Shown piece after piece: positions 18,012 to 29,553 of a DNA stretch of 64,000 nucleotides. The position numbers and the translations under genes were made by a program. The DNA is from a virus (taxonomy: Duplodnaviria; Caudoviricetes): the IMG/VR virus record IMGVR_UViG_3300037067_013742, positions 96,001 through 160,000 of that record; one strand, 5' to 3'. Position 1 is the stretch's first letter. Every line of letters starts with the position of its first letter. The notes under the pieces were generated by a model. The model did not search any database, was not told the DNA's origin, and saw nothing but the letters and a program-made list of their open reading frames with translations.

Positions 18012-19291
18012 TGCCAGAGTTCGTCGGCACTTTTGGTGAAATCCTAGAACGTGAGTTAAGGGGTGTTGTTCAAACTACCCCAGTACGTCTTACTGTTGCC
18101 GGAAGTAAAGCTAGAGCTATTCTAGAGGCCTCTGCTAGGGAGACTAGTAACCTTGGCGAGCTAATGGACCTCAACATTCAGAGGGCTTTCCTTCCCACAA
18201 GTACTGGTAGATTTCTAGAGTACTTTGGTGCGATGGTTGGGATTGTTAAGTACCCACAGAGAAATGCTGAGGTGACATCTGAAGATAGGGCCTTAAAACT
18301 TTATACGAGGTTCGGGACAAACTTTGGGACTATCAATGGCGGAAGTGGTTTTACCGTTTCGTCTGGAACAATCCTAACAGCCCCCTCCGTTACTACATTC
18401 GAAGATACTCGTGGTCTTGACGATACAACAGCTCCAGATACGGCTGCCGATAGAAGCATCCATTACATAACTACGGCAAACGTTTATTGTGCGGCAGATC
18501 AGACAGAGGCGTTCCTTCCTGCTAAAGCGGCAACTGGTGGGCTATCTGGAAACCTTGCCGCCCCGGGAATGATTCGTTCTCACTCATTTACTTCTTATGC
18601 CGACAATGCTGGCAAGAGTCTTTTAGTTACTAATACTAAGCCAGTTCTAAATGGTTCTGATATTGAGTCTGAATCTTCCTTTAGGTACAGAATATCTAAA
18701 CAGATTACCGCAGTTGAGCGTGCGAACCAAACAGCAATCTCTCTGGCTGCGCTTAGTGTTCCGGGCGTAGCAGATATAGTTATCATTCCATTTGAGGATG
18801 GGGCGGGCCGATTCAATCTCTATGTAAAGTCCATTAGCTCTACAGTTTCGGATAGACTTCTTCTTGCCGTACAAGAGTCTATTGATCGGGTAATAGCTAT
18901 AGGTAATATTGGTTATGCTCGAAGGCCCTATGAAGTTGGGATTGAGATAGATACTAACGTTGTTTATCATGGCGATCTAAAAGAGACTGACAAGGTAGAG
19001 ATTCGGGCGGCTCTGAAGGCTAATACAATTAACTATATAAACTCACTTGATCTTGGTCAGCCTTTAATCCTTCGCGAACTATCTTCGAACCTTCGGCAGG
19101 TAGATAGTCGAGTTACCGCGGTTGGGTCTAATCGAACTACTTTGTTTGATGCCGTCTTCGGATTCTGGCCGGCTAGAATGACAGAGAGCGGGAAGAGGAG
19201 AGAGAAGCTTATTAGTGAGTCAATTGTAGTTCCGGCCCATGCCAGGATTATTGTAGAGCCATCGCTCTCTGACCCAATTAGGTTTATCTAA
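18011..19291 (+). CDS. Baseplate J-like (gp6/XkdT) wedge protein
   Basis: GSKARAILEA, STGRFLEYFG, GSDIESESSFRYRI and AALSVPGVAD are canonical baseplate J motifs. Confidence 0.88.
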   Translation: MPEFVGTFGEILERELRGVVQTTPVRLTVAGSKARAILEASARETSNLGELMDLNIQRAFLPTSTGRFLEYFGAMVGIVKYPQRNAEVTSEDRALKLYTRFGTNFGTINGGSGFTVSSGTILTAPSVTTFEDTRGLDDTTAPDTAADRSIHYITTANVYCAADQTEAFLPAKAATGGLSGNLAAPGMIRSHSFTSYADNAGKSLLVTNTKPVLNGSDIESESSFRYRISKQITAVERANQTAISLAALSVPGVADIVIIPFEDGAGRFNLYVKSISSTVSDRLLLAVQESIDRVIAIGNIGYARRPYEVGIEIDTNVVYHGDLKETDKVEIRAALKANTINYINSLDLGQPLILRELSSNLRQVDSRVTAVGSNRTTLFDAVFGFWPARMTESGKRREKLISESIVVPAHARIIVEPSLSDPIRFI

Positions 19292-20928
19292 TGTTACGAG
19301 ATCTAGAAGATAAGCGTTCATGGCTTACCCAGAGAATGGCCAATGCCTATCCTCCTGGGTCTCGTGTTAGAAGATTAACTCAATCTACTGGACAGCAGAT
19401 TCTTGAGCCTATTGCTCGGGAGCTAGAAGATCTCTATTGGTGGGAAAACTATAATCTTGGTAATTATCTTCTGACTACTTCTGATCCTCATCAGGTAGAA
19501 AATACTTATAGGCTTTCTCTTCCACCTACCTTTGAGTGGAGAGAAAGGTCTGATAGTGATGGAGTTGTATATCTTCAGCCAACTTCCGTTAGAGGTAAGG
19601 CTTCGGGAGTTTGGATGGACCTTACACAAGCTAATGATAATAGCGTTGAGGAATTTTGGTATGGAGTCCCAGACAGGACTTCAGTAGCAGAGGGTCCTCT
19701 TACTTATACTTCTGTTGTCCCGCCGACAGATGTTGGTTCTTTATCCAGCGTTGTACCTGCGACACCAGGAATTCCAAGCCGTTTATGGGTAACTCTTTAT
19801 AACATTGGGGTTTCTGTAAAGCTTTATAAGGGAGTAGCCCAAAGAGCGGCAGTCGAGATTACTGGATATGATGCATACGACAACGAGGTAACTGAAAGAA
19901 TTGTCTTCCCGTTTGACTGTACAATTCTTACAAGAACTAGGTGGGCCGATATTACTAGCGTTATGACTGAGTATATAGATGATACGGCCTACTTTCAGAT
20001 TGAATGGCTCTCTATTGGTGAGCTTAGTCCAATGGACCAAACTGGTGTTCATATTCAGCGAGACGGAGAAAAGATTAGGTTCTATAGTTTAGGTAATGAG
20101 ACCTTTGGCTCGACTTTAAAGCATGAAGTTTTTACGGCTGTAGACCTTCTTACTGTTGAAGAGGGGAATACAGAGAAGCAGCCTGTTTATGAGATTGAGC
20201 TTCTAAATACAAGCGGCTCTAATATTTTCGGGACCGGGATGTCGTTGTGGCCAAAAAGAAGATGGGTAATTGTAACTGATGGTAGTTACTTACATTTCTA
20301 CTTGCCACACCCAAGGTTGGAAGATCGTTCTCCTGTGATAGATAGAACTTCCGAGGTAGTTTTACAGATCCATACGGATAACGAGTTTTATCTTAAGGGA
20401 GATGTAGTTTCTCTAGACTATAACCTACGTCGTCCAATGTTCCGAGTTCTAAAGACGAGGTGGAGTGTTCTTAAGCCCGATGGTACTAGAGTTGGGCTAT
20501 CTGAGGCCGGGGCAGAGATTACTTACGATTCTAATGGTTGGGTGGAGAACCGTCCTGGTTGGAGATTTATGAAGACTGGTCTCCAGAAAGAGCCAATTGA
20601 ATATACCTTTGCCGATAATGGTAGATATGTTTTCTACCTTGAGTCTCTAATAGCAGATGACATAAGTAGTACTAAACGTTATGCAGAGCAAGTTGATGCT
20701 TTAGTAATAAGTGTTGCCTATACAACCGCATCTGCTTCAGTCCCCCTTCCTATCGCTGTGGGAACACCAGACCTGATTTGTTTTGATGCCTATGGTCGTC
20801 CGTGGGTAATGGGGAGCGCTGGGGAAATCCATCGACTCAATTTCCATTACGACAAGTATGTCGCCGACTTCCAGAATAAGGCGATTTATACTAGAGAGCC
20901 TTATACGGAGATAGAGGTTGAGGCATGA
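19291..20928 (+). CDS. Putative baseplate wedge structural protein
   Basis: TAATG-coupled to the J-like gene; N-terminal helical segment in the gpI/gp7-like position. Confidence 0.5.
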   Translation: MLRDLEDKRSWLTQRMANAYPPGSRVRRLTQSTGQQILEPIARELEDLYWWENYNLGNYLLTTSDPHQVENTYRLSLPPTFEWRERSDSDGVVYLQPTSVRGKASGVWMDLTQANDNSVEEFWYGVPDRTSVAEGPLTYTSVVPPTDVGSLSSVVPATPGIPSRLWVTLYNIGVSVKLYKGVAQRAAVEITGYDAYDNEVTERIVFPFDCTILTRTRWADITSVMTEYIDDTAYFQIEWLSIGELSPMDQTGVHIQRDGEKIRFYSLGNETFGSTLKHEVFTAVDLLTVEEGNTEKQPVYEIELLNTSGSNIFGTGMSLWPKRRWVIVTDGSYLHFYLPHPRLEDRSPVIDRTSEVVLQIHTDNEFYLKGDVVSLDYNLRRPMFRVLKTRWSVLKPDGTRVGLSEAGAEITYDSNGWVENRPGWRFMKTGLQKEPIEYTFADNGRYVFYLESLIADDISSTKRYAEQVDALVISVAYTTASASVPLPIAVGTPDLICFDAYGRPWVMGSAGEIHRLNFHYDKYVADFQNKAIYTREPYTEIEVEA

Positions 20929-21926
20929 GCAGCACTTTTCTCAGCTTCTTTTTCGAAGTAGAAGATGGTGGTACGTATACTGGCGTCCCTATTATCCAAC
21001 GTTCAAGGAATGATCTTGACTCTCATGGCTCTCTATTAGATCTAGTTAGACTACCATCAGAGGATGGGGTCTCTTACTATCAGAGACTTGTTTCTGTAAT
21101 CCCACAAAGAGCTAGTTCTACTGGGCCTGGCTTGGTTCACGGTATAACTAGAGAGCTTGGTCTTGAGGAGCTAACGGCTCTTATAATTAGTCCTACTATG
21201 TCTAATGGGAAGACAGTAGCTCCCGCTCCGTTCGTAGAAGTCACGGCAACAGAGGTTATCTTATATTCCAGTTATACAGATGCTAATAATTCTGCAAATG
21301 TAGTTGATCGTCAGATCGATATATTTAGTCACGGGGATGGCTATCTATTAGATGATCTTGTTATAGAGATTCAGCAATCTCCTTACTTTGTTGCTTCTCT
21401 TGGCGACTATGCAACTGGTCAGGAAAAGTCTAACGGGCTTCTTCCAACATCTAGTTGTGATGTAGTAGAGAAAGAATGGGTACCTTCTGGCACTTATTTC
21501 TTCCTTGCTAACCAAGACATCGTTCCGGGAACTCTAAGCTTTTCCGAGACGACGATCTTTGACAAGGAGCTTTCGGCAGGGATAGCTACGGGTGCGACAG
21601 GAGATAGTTTTACTCTTTCCTTTATTGTATCGACCCCAGTGACTGCGAGAGGCGAGTATTACGTGGACTATATTCGAGCCGTAGTAAGTTGTTACTCTGC
21701 CTCTTCTGGATATGGAACTTGTCGGTATAAATACCGAAAGTTTCCTTTAAGGATAAGATGGTCTCCAATAGTCGTATACTCGTTAAGGGATATAAACTAC
21801 AGAACTAAAGTATTCGAGACTGAGAGTATGCCGGATTTCTTAGATAAAGAAGGACTGGTATCTGAGGAAGGCAAAGCAGTATATGATCAGGTATTTGATA
21901 AGTCCCCTTGCTTATGGGGAAGGTAA
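20925..21926 (+). CDS. Putative baseplate structural protein
   Basis: ATGA overlap, GAGG RBS; LDSHGSLLDLVRLPSEDGVSYYQRL resembles the gpI-like LD..G...G..R...E.D..YR.R motif. Confidence 0.55.
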   Translation: MSSTFLSFFFEVEDGGTYTGVPIIQRSRNDLDSHGSLLDLVRLPSEDGVSYYQRLVSVIPQRASSTGPGLVHGITRELGLEELTALIISPTMSNGKTVAPAPFVEVTATEVILYSSYTDANNSANVVDRQIDIFSHGDGYLLDDLVIEIQQSPYFVASLGDYATGQEKSNGLLPTSSCDVVEKEWVPSGTYFFLANQDIVPGTLSFSETTIFDKELSAGIATGATGDSFTLSFIVSTPVTARGEYYVDYIRAVVSCYSASSGYGTCRYKYRKFPLRIRWSPIVVYSLRDINYRTKVFETESMPDFLDKEGLVSEEGKAVYDQVFDKSPCLWGR

Positions 21927-21929
21927 CAA

Positions 21930-24122
21930 ATGAGTCCAGTTCTTAGTAGGACATATACTGACTTTTCCACAAAGAGAATTGTTTACGAAAAGGTTGTGGA
22001 GCGTCGGGTCGGGTTTGAAAAGGACGTTCTTCCCGCTGGTTGGAAGTGGGATTGTCGTCATTTAGTTGGTGACAAGATAGTCGAGACCTTACCCTTTCCA
22101 GGGATTAAGACTAGCCACTTATTAGGTATCCCTCGAGACTATTGGCAGAATGGCCCCATCTCTGGTTCAAGTGGTGACTCTCTTGAGGTTCAAGAGGTAG
22201 TAGAGGTTTTTGCGAACGGTCGTGAGCGTTGGGTTCCCAAAATTCATCGTGGTGGTTTTATAATTTGGCGGCAACCATCATACTTATTTTCTGATGATTC
22301 AGTTATAGAAACACTTGACCCACTATCTTTGGATAGTGATGGTCGGTCAACTCACACATTAGCTAGAGAGCTAAGGCCTAATTCTCCAATTGCGGTAACT
22401 ATTTTTCAAAGGGATTCGTTGGGAGAAATCTCTCCGTGGAGAACTCATCTTCGAAGAGAGCGCTTTTCCGGCCTTCGAGATGTTGATGATAACGAGCTAA
22501 CTACTCGAAGTGGAGATACACTTTATTGGGCAAATGTAGATACTACTAAAAATGAATTTCTCTCTATAGTAAGAGATGATTCTATTTTTCTACAATTTAA
22601 CAAGAGTGTAGTTGAGTCTATCTCTCGACAATTTATTCCTGCAGACATTTTAGATTTCAACGAGATGGAATATCTCGGGACATCTAACGGATCGGACGAC
22701 CAGCAGTTTACGACCAAGTATTTCCCAATTGGAAATAGTTCAAATCTATACTGCTATGTTGTAAATAATGCAACTAGTACTTGGACTGCCTATTCTGTTG
22801 TTACTTCTTTTACTGCGGCCAACCAGGTAATTATCGACTACGATCTTGGTGTCCTGACCTTTGGAACGTCAGCATCTGGACCAACTCCAGCTCTTCCTCC
22901 TAACCGAGCTGTCTACCTTGCTTATCAAGCAGTCCCACGTATTGAATATGAAGAGTACGGTTACTCAGATGTCTTTACGGCAAAGGAAGCTGATGTAAAT
23001 CCAGTTGCTCAAAGTTTGAATAAAGGCTTTGTAGTTGTTGGCAGGGGAGAGCTCGATATCTCTAGCATCATCTTAAGTACAACAAAGTCTTCTTACAAAG
23101 CTGATGCCGATACTTTCGGCCCCGTATATGTCGGCGCCGATTACGCCTCTCTTTTAGCTCACGTCTATTCTTCTGCCGGGTCGTTAGTACCTAATGCAGA
23201 GGTCACGTTCTGGATTACCACGGCTCCGGCAGTTGGTGGTGTTGGTGGTTCCGGAAGCTCTGCTCAACGAAGAACTGGTTATGATGGGATAGCTCGTTGT
23301 GCTTATACTCCTCCAACTTCAGTAGATAGTATGGGGTTCTTTATTACCTCTGTTGGAGTTGGGAATACGATTACTCTTCCGTCTGGTGCTGCTTTTGAAG
23401 ATACGGCTGATGTTTATACCTATCATGTTTTAAAAGACGATCCATGGAAGGGCAAGGTTGGTGCTGATACTTCCATTGGAGAAATTCCTTGGAGCGCCAG
23501 CCCACCAAATGGTCGAAAGGTTATCTTTTATAAGTGGGACGCTGCTGCCATTAACCCCATTACTGGAAAGCTAGGGGCCTATGCTCCAGTCCGGCCTTCG
23601 AGTATTTCTGGTGGCAATGTCCTTACTTATGCTGATACTTTAGTAGCCCCAGATCCAACTCCGTCAAGTACTAACCTTGGTGCTTACTGGATTGTCTCTG
23701 ATAGGTACGTCAGCATCCAAGCTTCTGTATATTCGCCAAGATTAAATAGGACTATTCTTTCTAACACGATTAGAATCCGAGTAGAAATTCCCCTCTATAT
23801 GAGAGGTGAGTATATAAAGAATAACCTAAACGCAATCCCATTTGGTTGGAGGATAAAGGATACAACCTATGAAGTTGCTTCTGCTTTTGGTGGCGCAACA
23901 TATATTTCTATAAATCCATTTGCTGGTCCTTATCCTATTGTTGATGTTATTGCTGGAGAGACTTGGGATCCTTATTGCGGATTTGATCCATACTCATTCT
24001 GGCCATATGACTTTAGCGTTACCGGTCCTTATCCATATGTTTATGAGTATCACGTCCCGCCAACTCCTCCGTTTGTAGAGCGTGGATTTGCGAACCTCGG
24101 ATTTTCGTTTACTATCGTCTAG
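21930..24122 (+). CDS. Virion structural protein with a Big_1-type Ig-like domain
   Basis: AHVYSSAGSLVPNAEVTF...TGYDGIARCAY (~23142-23315); IDYDLGVLTFG motif seen in baseplate proteins. Confidence 0.6.
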   Translation: MSPVLSRTYTDFSTKRIVYEKVVERRVGFEKDVLPAGWKWDCRHLVGDKIVETLPFPGIKTSHLLGIPRDYWQNGPISGSSGDSLEVQEVVEVFANGRERWVPKIHRGGFIIWRQPSYLFSDDSVIETLDPLSLDSDGRSTHTLARELRPNSPIAVTIFQRDSLGEISPWRTHLRRERFSGLRDVDDNELTTRSGDTLYWANVDTTKNEFLSIVRDDSIFLQFNKSVVESISRQFIPADILDFNEMEYLGTSNGSDDQQFTTKYFPIGNSSNLYCYVVNNATSTWTAYSVVTSFTAANQVIIDYDLGVLTFGTSASGPTPALPPNRAVYLAYQAVPRIEYEEYGYSDVFTAKEADVNPVAQSLNKGFVVVGRGELDISSIILSTTKSSYKADADTFGPVYVGADYASLLAHVYSSAGSLVPNAEVTFWITTAPAVGGVGGSGSSAQRRTGYDGIARCAYTPPTSVDSMGFFITSVGVGNTITLPSGAAFEDTADVYTYHVLKDDPWKGKVGADTSIGEIPWSASPPNGRKVIFYKWDAAAINPITGKLGAYAPVRPSSISGGNVLTYADTLVAPDPTPSSTNLGAYWIVSDRYVSIQASVYSPRLNRTILSNTIRIRVEIPLYMRGEYIKNNLNAIPFGWRIKDTTYEVASAFGGATYISINPFAGPYPIVDVIAGETWDPYCGFDPYSFWPYDFSVTGPYPYVYEYHVPPTPPFVERGFANLGFSFTIV

Positions 24123-24131
24123 GAGATAAAG

Positions 24132-26585
24132 ATGGCCGATGCTCTTAAGCAAACTCTAATAAATACAAACTTTGTTGCTGGTGAACAGCCGGATGCGAAT
24201 AAACTAACCAATGCTATTGGTCAGCTTCAGGGCGCTCTAGAACAGGTAGAAGAGGCCATTGGGGATATCTATAACCAACAGTCTTTTCTTGGTAGGTCTG
24301 GTGGTCGTCATGAGTATGACTTATCTCCTCTTCCCTTAACAGGCCCGAATCTAGCCCGTGAAGTCGGACCAGCTGGTCTTTTGAATCCGAGGCATTTTGG
24401 TACAGATTATAGAACTTTGGAGGTAGTTTTCGCAGCATCTCATTCTGTTTCTGGCGATCCTCCAACCAGACATGGATACAATCACTACAATCGCCGGCAA
24501 TTTGTTTTACCAAGAGCTCCAATCATTGCTCAGACATATCCAGAAGATAGTACCTACAGCCAAACTTATTCTTATCTAGTTGGTGGGGCCTATTGGGCTC
24601 TTTCAAATCCAGGGGCTGGCTATACTGATGCAACCGTAACCGGAACTGGTAAGGTTGTTACTCCAGTAACCAACATTTCTAATCTTGCCGTAACTGGGGA
24701 TTACCATGTTAGCTATGATGGGGTGATAACTTTATATGATGAGCTGGATGATGATGGTATTAATCCGCCAGAGGCATTCAAGCTAACCTACAAATTTACA
24801 GATCAATGGGATGCTTATTGGGGGGCAAGTCCTAATGTTCTCCCAGACTTTGAACAGACTACGCCGCTTTGTACTGTTGCTTTAGATGTTGGAACCACCT
24901 ACATCGTAACTTTGCCAATGATGAATGCTCGTCGGGGAACAATAGATCTCACTACGTTTACTGGCGCTTTAAGAGACCTAACCTGGGACAATGCAGCTGC
25001 TGATATAGATCCTATGGACGGGACTCAGTTGTATCTACCCAGGGCCCTGACTGTAAATCTCGTAGATGGAGATGAGATCCCGTCAGGTTCAATTCAGCTT
25101 TGGGACGAGACGGCTGGTAAGGTCCTAAAGGGAATTACCTTTACCTACTTTACCAACTCCAGCGTTCGGGCGAGCGGAGCTGTACTTGTGCCGAGCACTG
25201 ATCGATATCGTTTGGTTGTACCAGGAACCGATATTGCTGGGTGTCTTGGTCATCTTCGCGAAAGCTTCCTACAGCATGACCATACTGGTCGGACAATTAG
25301 AGGTGACGGAAGTTATATGGGCCATCGACTTCATCATGAAGATCTACTAGGTCTTGTAGATGAAGGTGGCATTATTGATACTGATGAGTTCCCAGCGTTC
25401 CGAGAGTCAACTCTCGGGATGACAAGGAATCCACACCCTCAATACCTACATCGTCTTGGTTATAAATATAATGATAAGTTAACTGATGGGGGTGACTCTG
25501 AGGCAAACTGGAACAATGCTCTTCTTGGAGATCTTGTCCTAGGAGATAAGGATGGAGGAGTTGGGTTAGTTGACGATAGCTGGGGTCTGTATTTCGGTAG
25601 TGTTCTAGGTCCTCATATCTACTTTGATCAAGGAGACCACCAGTTTGTTATGTCTTCGGGAGTTGGTGGTGCTTGGGACGATTGTCCATATGGCGGGATA
25701 AAAGTCGGATCTTCTCTTACACTAGGTACTTCTACCGCCGCCGCGTATCCCAGGATAACAGCGGATATGGCTCTTAATGTAACGACCCATTACACCTTGA
25801 TGCAGTCATTTGAGAGCAAGGATGCCAATCGTGGAAGCGTAAGAATATATGCAACAACTGAAAGTACCTTTGGGACTGCTGGTGGGTTAGTAATTACAAC
25901 TAACGCTCAGTTTGTTGCTCTTGGCTGGATGCGGGATACAGACGCATCACAAGCAACCAGAATGGATATTCTCGGCCAAAGGGTTGTGATATCAACCTTT
26001 GATGCAATTGGTGATGCTGATGGTTTATGGACTGATGCAGCTTGGAACTCTGGCGTGGGTGGTTGCGTTCCACTAGAGGTTGTTGGCTATCCCAATACTG
26101 GTGTCGCCACCTTAATGATGGAAGATGCCCTTTTGGGTGTTAAGAATGCATCTTCTGCGGGAAGCAATCCCGCTGCTGGTTCTGTGGTTGTAAAAGATTC
26201 CTTATACGCAAAGAATATTCCTAAGGCCTGGGCTCATGTAGAGTGCGGAGCAGGAATCCCAGTAATATATGATTCGTTCGGTTTTTGGAATGCAGCGGCT
26301 CCCGTTATCGAAGACCGTCCGGCCTACGCTGGAAACAATGTTGTTCTGTCGTTTACAAATGATATGGCAAGTCATTATTACGCAATTTTGGTTACTGGAA
26401 TGGCGGCTGGCGGATATATCTTCTGGGGCTCGCCCGTTATTGGAGCCGAGGAAACACATATAGGTTTTGGAGCTTATGAAGTGTCTACTCACCTTGGGGG
26501 CGCTGAAGACGCTGGAGCTGCAGTAGTTGCGTTAGATGGTAGTAATATTCGTGTTAGCGTTCTTGTTTTCGGCGAGCAAAAATAG
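24132..26585 (+). CDS. Tail fibre-like protein
   Basis: AGGAG RBS; N-terminal FVAGEQPDANKL and a coiled coil; HDH and NPHPQY fibre motifs; C-terminal PKAWAHV domain. Confidence 0.65.
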   Translation: MADALKQTLINTNFVAGEQPDANKLTNAIGQLQGALEQVEEAIGDIYNQQSFLGRSGGRHEYDLSPLPLTGPNLAREVGPAGLLNPRHFGTDYRTLEVVFAASHSVSGDPPTRHGYNHYNRRQFVLPRAPIIAQTYPEDSTYSQTYSYLVGGAYWALSNPGAGYTDATVTGTGKVVTPVTNISNLAVTGDYHVSYDGVITLYDELDDDGINPPEAFKLTYKFTDQWDAYWGASPNVLPDFEQTTPLCTVALDVGTTYIVTLPMMNARRGTIDLTTFTGALRDLTWDNAAADIDPMDGTQLYLPRALTVNLVDGDEIPSGSIQLWDETAGKVLKGITFTYFTNSSVRASGAVLVPSTDRYRLVVPGTDIAGCLGHLRESFLQHDHTGRTIRGDGSYMGHRLHHEDLLGLVDEGGIIDTDEFPAFRESTLGMTRNPHPQYLHRLGYKYNDKLTDGGDSEANWNNALLGDLVLGDKDGGVGLVDDSWGLYFGSVLGPHIYFDQGDHQFVMSSGVGGAWDDCPYGGIKVGSSLTLGTSTAAAYPRITADMALNVTTHYTLMQSFESKDANRGSVRIYATTESTFGTAGGLVITTNAQFVALGWMRDTDASQATRMDILGQRVVISTFDAIGDADGLWTDAAWNSGVGGCVPLEVVGYPNTGVATLMMEDALLGVKNASSAGSNPAAGSVVVKDSLYAKNIPKAWAHVECGAGIPVIYDSFGFWNAAAPVIEDRPAYAGNNVVLSFTNDMASHYYAILVTGMAAGGYIFWGSPVIGAEETHIGFGAYEVSTHLGGAEDAGAAVVALDGSNIRVSVLVFGEQK

Positions 26586-26600
26586 TAGTTAGTAGGTTTA

Positions 26601-28994
26601 ATGGCTACTCTATCCTTCACTTTTATAGTAGATAATGTTTCGCATACTACCAGTATTGGTACGCGGCGAAACATAAAGAAGGCTGTACTCTTTACTCGGT
26701 ACCAGGGAATAGTTAACTCGTCAGAAGCTGTTTGCGCCTATGTTGGTACTAAAGAGATTAATCCCGCCTCTAATCTAAAGATTGTTCATCTAGAGGACTC
26801 TATCCCGGAGAACTCACGCACAGTAATTACTGGCGACTCTCAGTTTGCTAGCACCTCATATAGTTTTGCTTCTAAGTACTTCACTCTTACTGATGTATTT
26901 GGTGACTATGTTTCAGATGAGCTAACCCCACTTTACTGGAAACATATTCTTCCCGATCCGGCGATAGATCCAGACAGCGTTAGGATTTTAGATTCAGAGC
27001 TTAATGAAGTTGATGTAAATTCTTTCGAGGTAGTTCGTATCAATGAGTATGATGCTACGGAACTTCCAATCGATGGATCTTATGAAGAGTGTGCTGTCTA
27101 CAGCAATTACCTAAATTCCTATAATGAAGAAACTGGAGATGTCGTTCTTTATTTCGTTAGGTATGAAGCTATTGGAGAAACTCACTATGAGGTTTTAAAT
27201 CAGGTCCCAGCTTATACTGAGGCAACCTTCGATGATGTCTCAACTATAACTAGTGACCTAAAGTATTGGAGAAAGGTCTATACCATTTCTCCCGGGCTTA
27301 CTTATTACACAATAACAACTCCTACTGTTAGTACATACTCTATTCGGCCGATGGAAACAGGTCGGATTGTTTTAAGAGAGCCCATTCAATCTGACGATAC
27401 GATCCCCTGGTTTGTGAACATCTCAAATGGAGCCTTCTCTGCCTTGAGAGATGGGACCTCATTCTCCTATTCAGTTCCCGAATATAGTAACCAGGACTTT
27501 TCTCCTATAGAGCCTTACAAAGCTTCAATTGACGAAGAGGCCGTTTATATCCGCTCGGACGTAATTAAGGTTGCTAATGGTGATCTAGAGATAGATTCAA
27601 CATTCTTTGTAATGAATATCATTATCAAAGATTATCTTGGCAAGACTCTTTATGCACTAACAACAGATACTTCGGCGGATGGGGAGACCTATTACGAAGG
27701 CAACGATACGGTAATTAGAAATATTAGCGGTCAAGAGGAGCTAGTTCTTTGGGATGGATATGGGATTTCTAGCTGGGATACTAATACTGGATTCATCCAC
27801 TTTAAGAGAGAGTATCCAGATACTTATACCTTTTTAGTTTCTTATTACTATAAGGAGACGGGTTATCTCTATTCTTCTTTAAATTTGAATCCTATCTTTG
27901 ACGAGGAGTATCAAGGTCACTCCTATGTGATTTATATCGTGCCGACTGGTGGAAGTAATGGCAATACTGGGACTCAATCTTCTTCTATCCAATGGATTAA
28001 GGTAGATAGAAGTGGGCGAATTACTGACACTTCCCAAGATGCGGCTACCGGGAACGTAGACCTAAAGAGTGAAATAAATACAGATGGCGAGTATGCCTTT
28101 TACTCTAAGTCGGCGACAACAACAGCAGCTGGTGGTATTACTGGTAACCCGGTTGGACAAGATCATTTAGTAGTTGCCGATACTACGGGCTTTCCGGAAA
28201 ATGGAATTGTTACCTGGACGGATCTTTCTGGGACGGAAAGAATCGTTGGGTTTAATAGCATAACCACAACACGTATAAACTTTACCTCTTATAATCTACT
28301 AGCTGGCATTTTCCCTGGTACTGATATCTATCTCTATTCTTTTAAAGATAGGTTTTCTTCTGATACATCTAACGACTATCAGTGGTTCATTCTTGGTGAG
28401 GCTTACGCCCGCCCAAGTTCTAGAATAGAAGAACTGTCTCTAATTGACCTCAGGTTGCACGGGGGAGTAATTAAAGAGTCTAAGTACTTAGAAGCTTCTA
28501 AGATCGATCCTAGAGCGGTTTGGGCCCGTCCAGAGACCATCTCTACGAGGGGTCAGGTAATACCTGGAGATAGTGTGGCCGTGGTCAAGATACCCTTCAC
28601 TCTTCTTACTGATTATGGTGGAGAGTTTACCGAGCAGGCTATTCTAGAGATCGTCGAGAAAAGGCATCTTGCTACTGGGGTTATCCCAGTGATTATTTAT
28701 CATGGGGCAATTCCAGAGATAGAAAGTATATCTTCAACTTCAAGTTCTATTACAATATGTTGGGCATCAGAGGGTACCGAGTATTCTTATAATGTATACA
28801 AGTCTTCTATGAAGACTGGACCATGGACTAAAGATAACACAGAAGCAATTGCTGGTACTGCATATGGGAATTGCTATACATTAACTGGACTTATCCCTGG
28901 TCTGGTCTACTATGTTTGTGTTACATCTATAAGTGCCACTGATGTTGAGAGTCCAAAGAGTGTAGTATGGGGAGCTAGGACAAGGTTATCATAA
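26601..28994 (+). CDS. Virion structural protein with a C-terminal fibronectin type III domain
   Basis: STSSSITICW...YNVYKS...YTLTGLIPGLVYYVCVTS...ESPKS (~28710-28980). Confidence 0.7.
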   Translation: MATLSFTFIVDNVSHTTSIGTRRNIKKAVLFTRYQGIVNSSEAVCAYVGTKEINPASNLKIVHLEDSIPENSRTVITGDSQFASTSYSFASKYFTLTDVFGDYVSDELTPLYWKHILPDPAIDPDSVRILDSELNEVDVNSFEVVRINEYDATELPIDGSYEECAVYSNYLNSYNEETGDVVLYFVRYEAIGETHYEVLNQVPAYTEATFDDVSTITSDLKYWRKVYTISPGLTYYTITTPTVSTYSIRPMETGRIVLREPIQSDDTIPWFVNISNGAFSALRDGTSFSYSVPEYSNQDFSPIEPYKASIDEEAVYIRSDVIKVANGDLEIDSTFFVMNIIIKDYLGKTLYALTTDTSADGETYYEGNDTVIRNISGQEELVLWDGYGISSWDTNTGFIHFKREYPDTYTFLVSYYYKETGYLYSSLNLNPIFDEEYQGHSYVIYIVPTGGSNGNTGTQSSSIQWIKVDRSGRITDTSQDAATGNVDLKSEINTDGEYAFYSKSATTTAAGGITGNPVGQDHLVVADTTGFPENGIVTWTDLSGTERIVGFNSITTTRINFTSYNLLAGIFPGTDIYLYSFKDRFSSDTSNDYQWFILGEAYARPSSRIEELSLIDLRLHGGVIKESKYLEASKIDPRAVWARPETISTRGQVIPGDSVAVVKIPFTLLTDYGGEFTEQAILEIVEKRHLATGVIPVIIYHGAIPEIESISSTSSSITICWASEGTEYSYNVYKSSMKTGPWTKDNTEAIAGTAYGNCYTLTGLIPGLVYYVCVTSISATDVESPKSVVWGARTRLS

Positions 28995-29512
28995 TGACTG
29001 TTTCAGTAAGATTTTCTCAGTCGACTCTTGGGGAGCCAGTTTCGCTGGCCCAATCTTTAGGCTCGATAACCCCAGGAGCTTCTGCCAATGTCTATGACGT
29101 CTATATTAGCCATACGGGAACTTCTCCCATAACGGATTGTGGAATATATATTATTCCTTATACAGCCGGTATTTATCTTGGGACAAGAACTGCTCAGGAT
29201 GACTTTGATGATATTCTGGTCTGGGGAGATGTTTCTTATCCCGCCTTAACTGGTGGACTTTACGTAAACCAGAATGCGGCTGGTGGCTTTGATGTTGCCG
29301 ACTGGGAGACTTTTAGAACTGGTCATGGTGACTCTCTTGCTAATGCCTTCCCCCTTTCTGTGAATGCTATCAACTTAGGAGCTGCCGTCGCGGGCGAGAT
29401 TGCTTCTGGTGGAGAGGCTCATATAAGAATTAGACTAGATGTTCCGGCTGGCTGTACAGATACTGGCACTTTCTATTTCGACGTAAAGTTAGACTATACT
29501 GCAACCTCCTAA
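28994..29512 (+). CDS. Small beta-rich virion protein
   Basis: TAATG coupling; Ig-like beta-sandwich pattern (IRIRLDVP). Confidence 0.5.
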   Translation: MTVSVRFSQSTLGEPVSLAQSLGSITPGASANVYDVYISHTGTSPITDCGIYIIPYTAGIYLGTRTAQDDFDDILVWGDVSYPALTGGLYVNQNAAGGFDVADWETFRTGHGDSLANAFPLSVNAINLGAAVAGEIASGGEAHIRIRLDVPAGCTDTGTFYFDVKLDYTATS

Positions 29513-29553
29513 ACCTCTCCCCTTATTTCTCTTCGTTATGAAAAGGTAGGCGA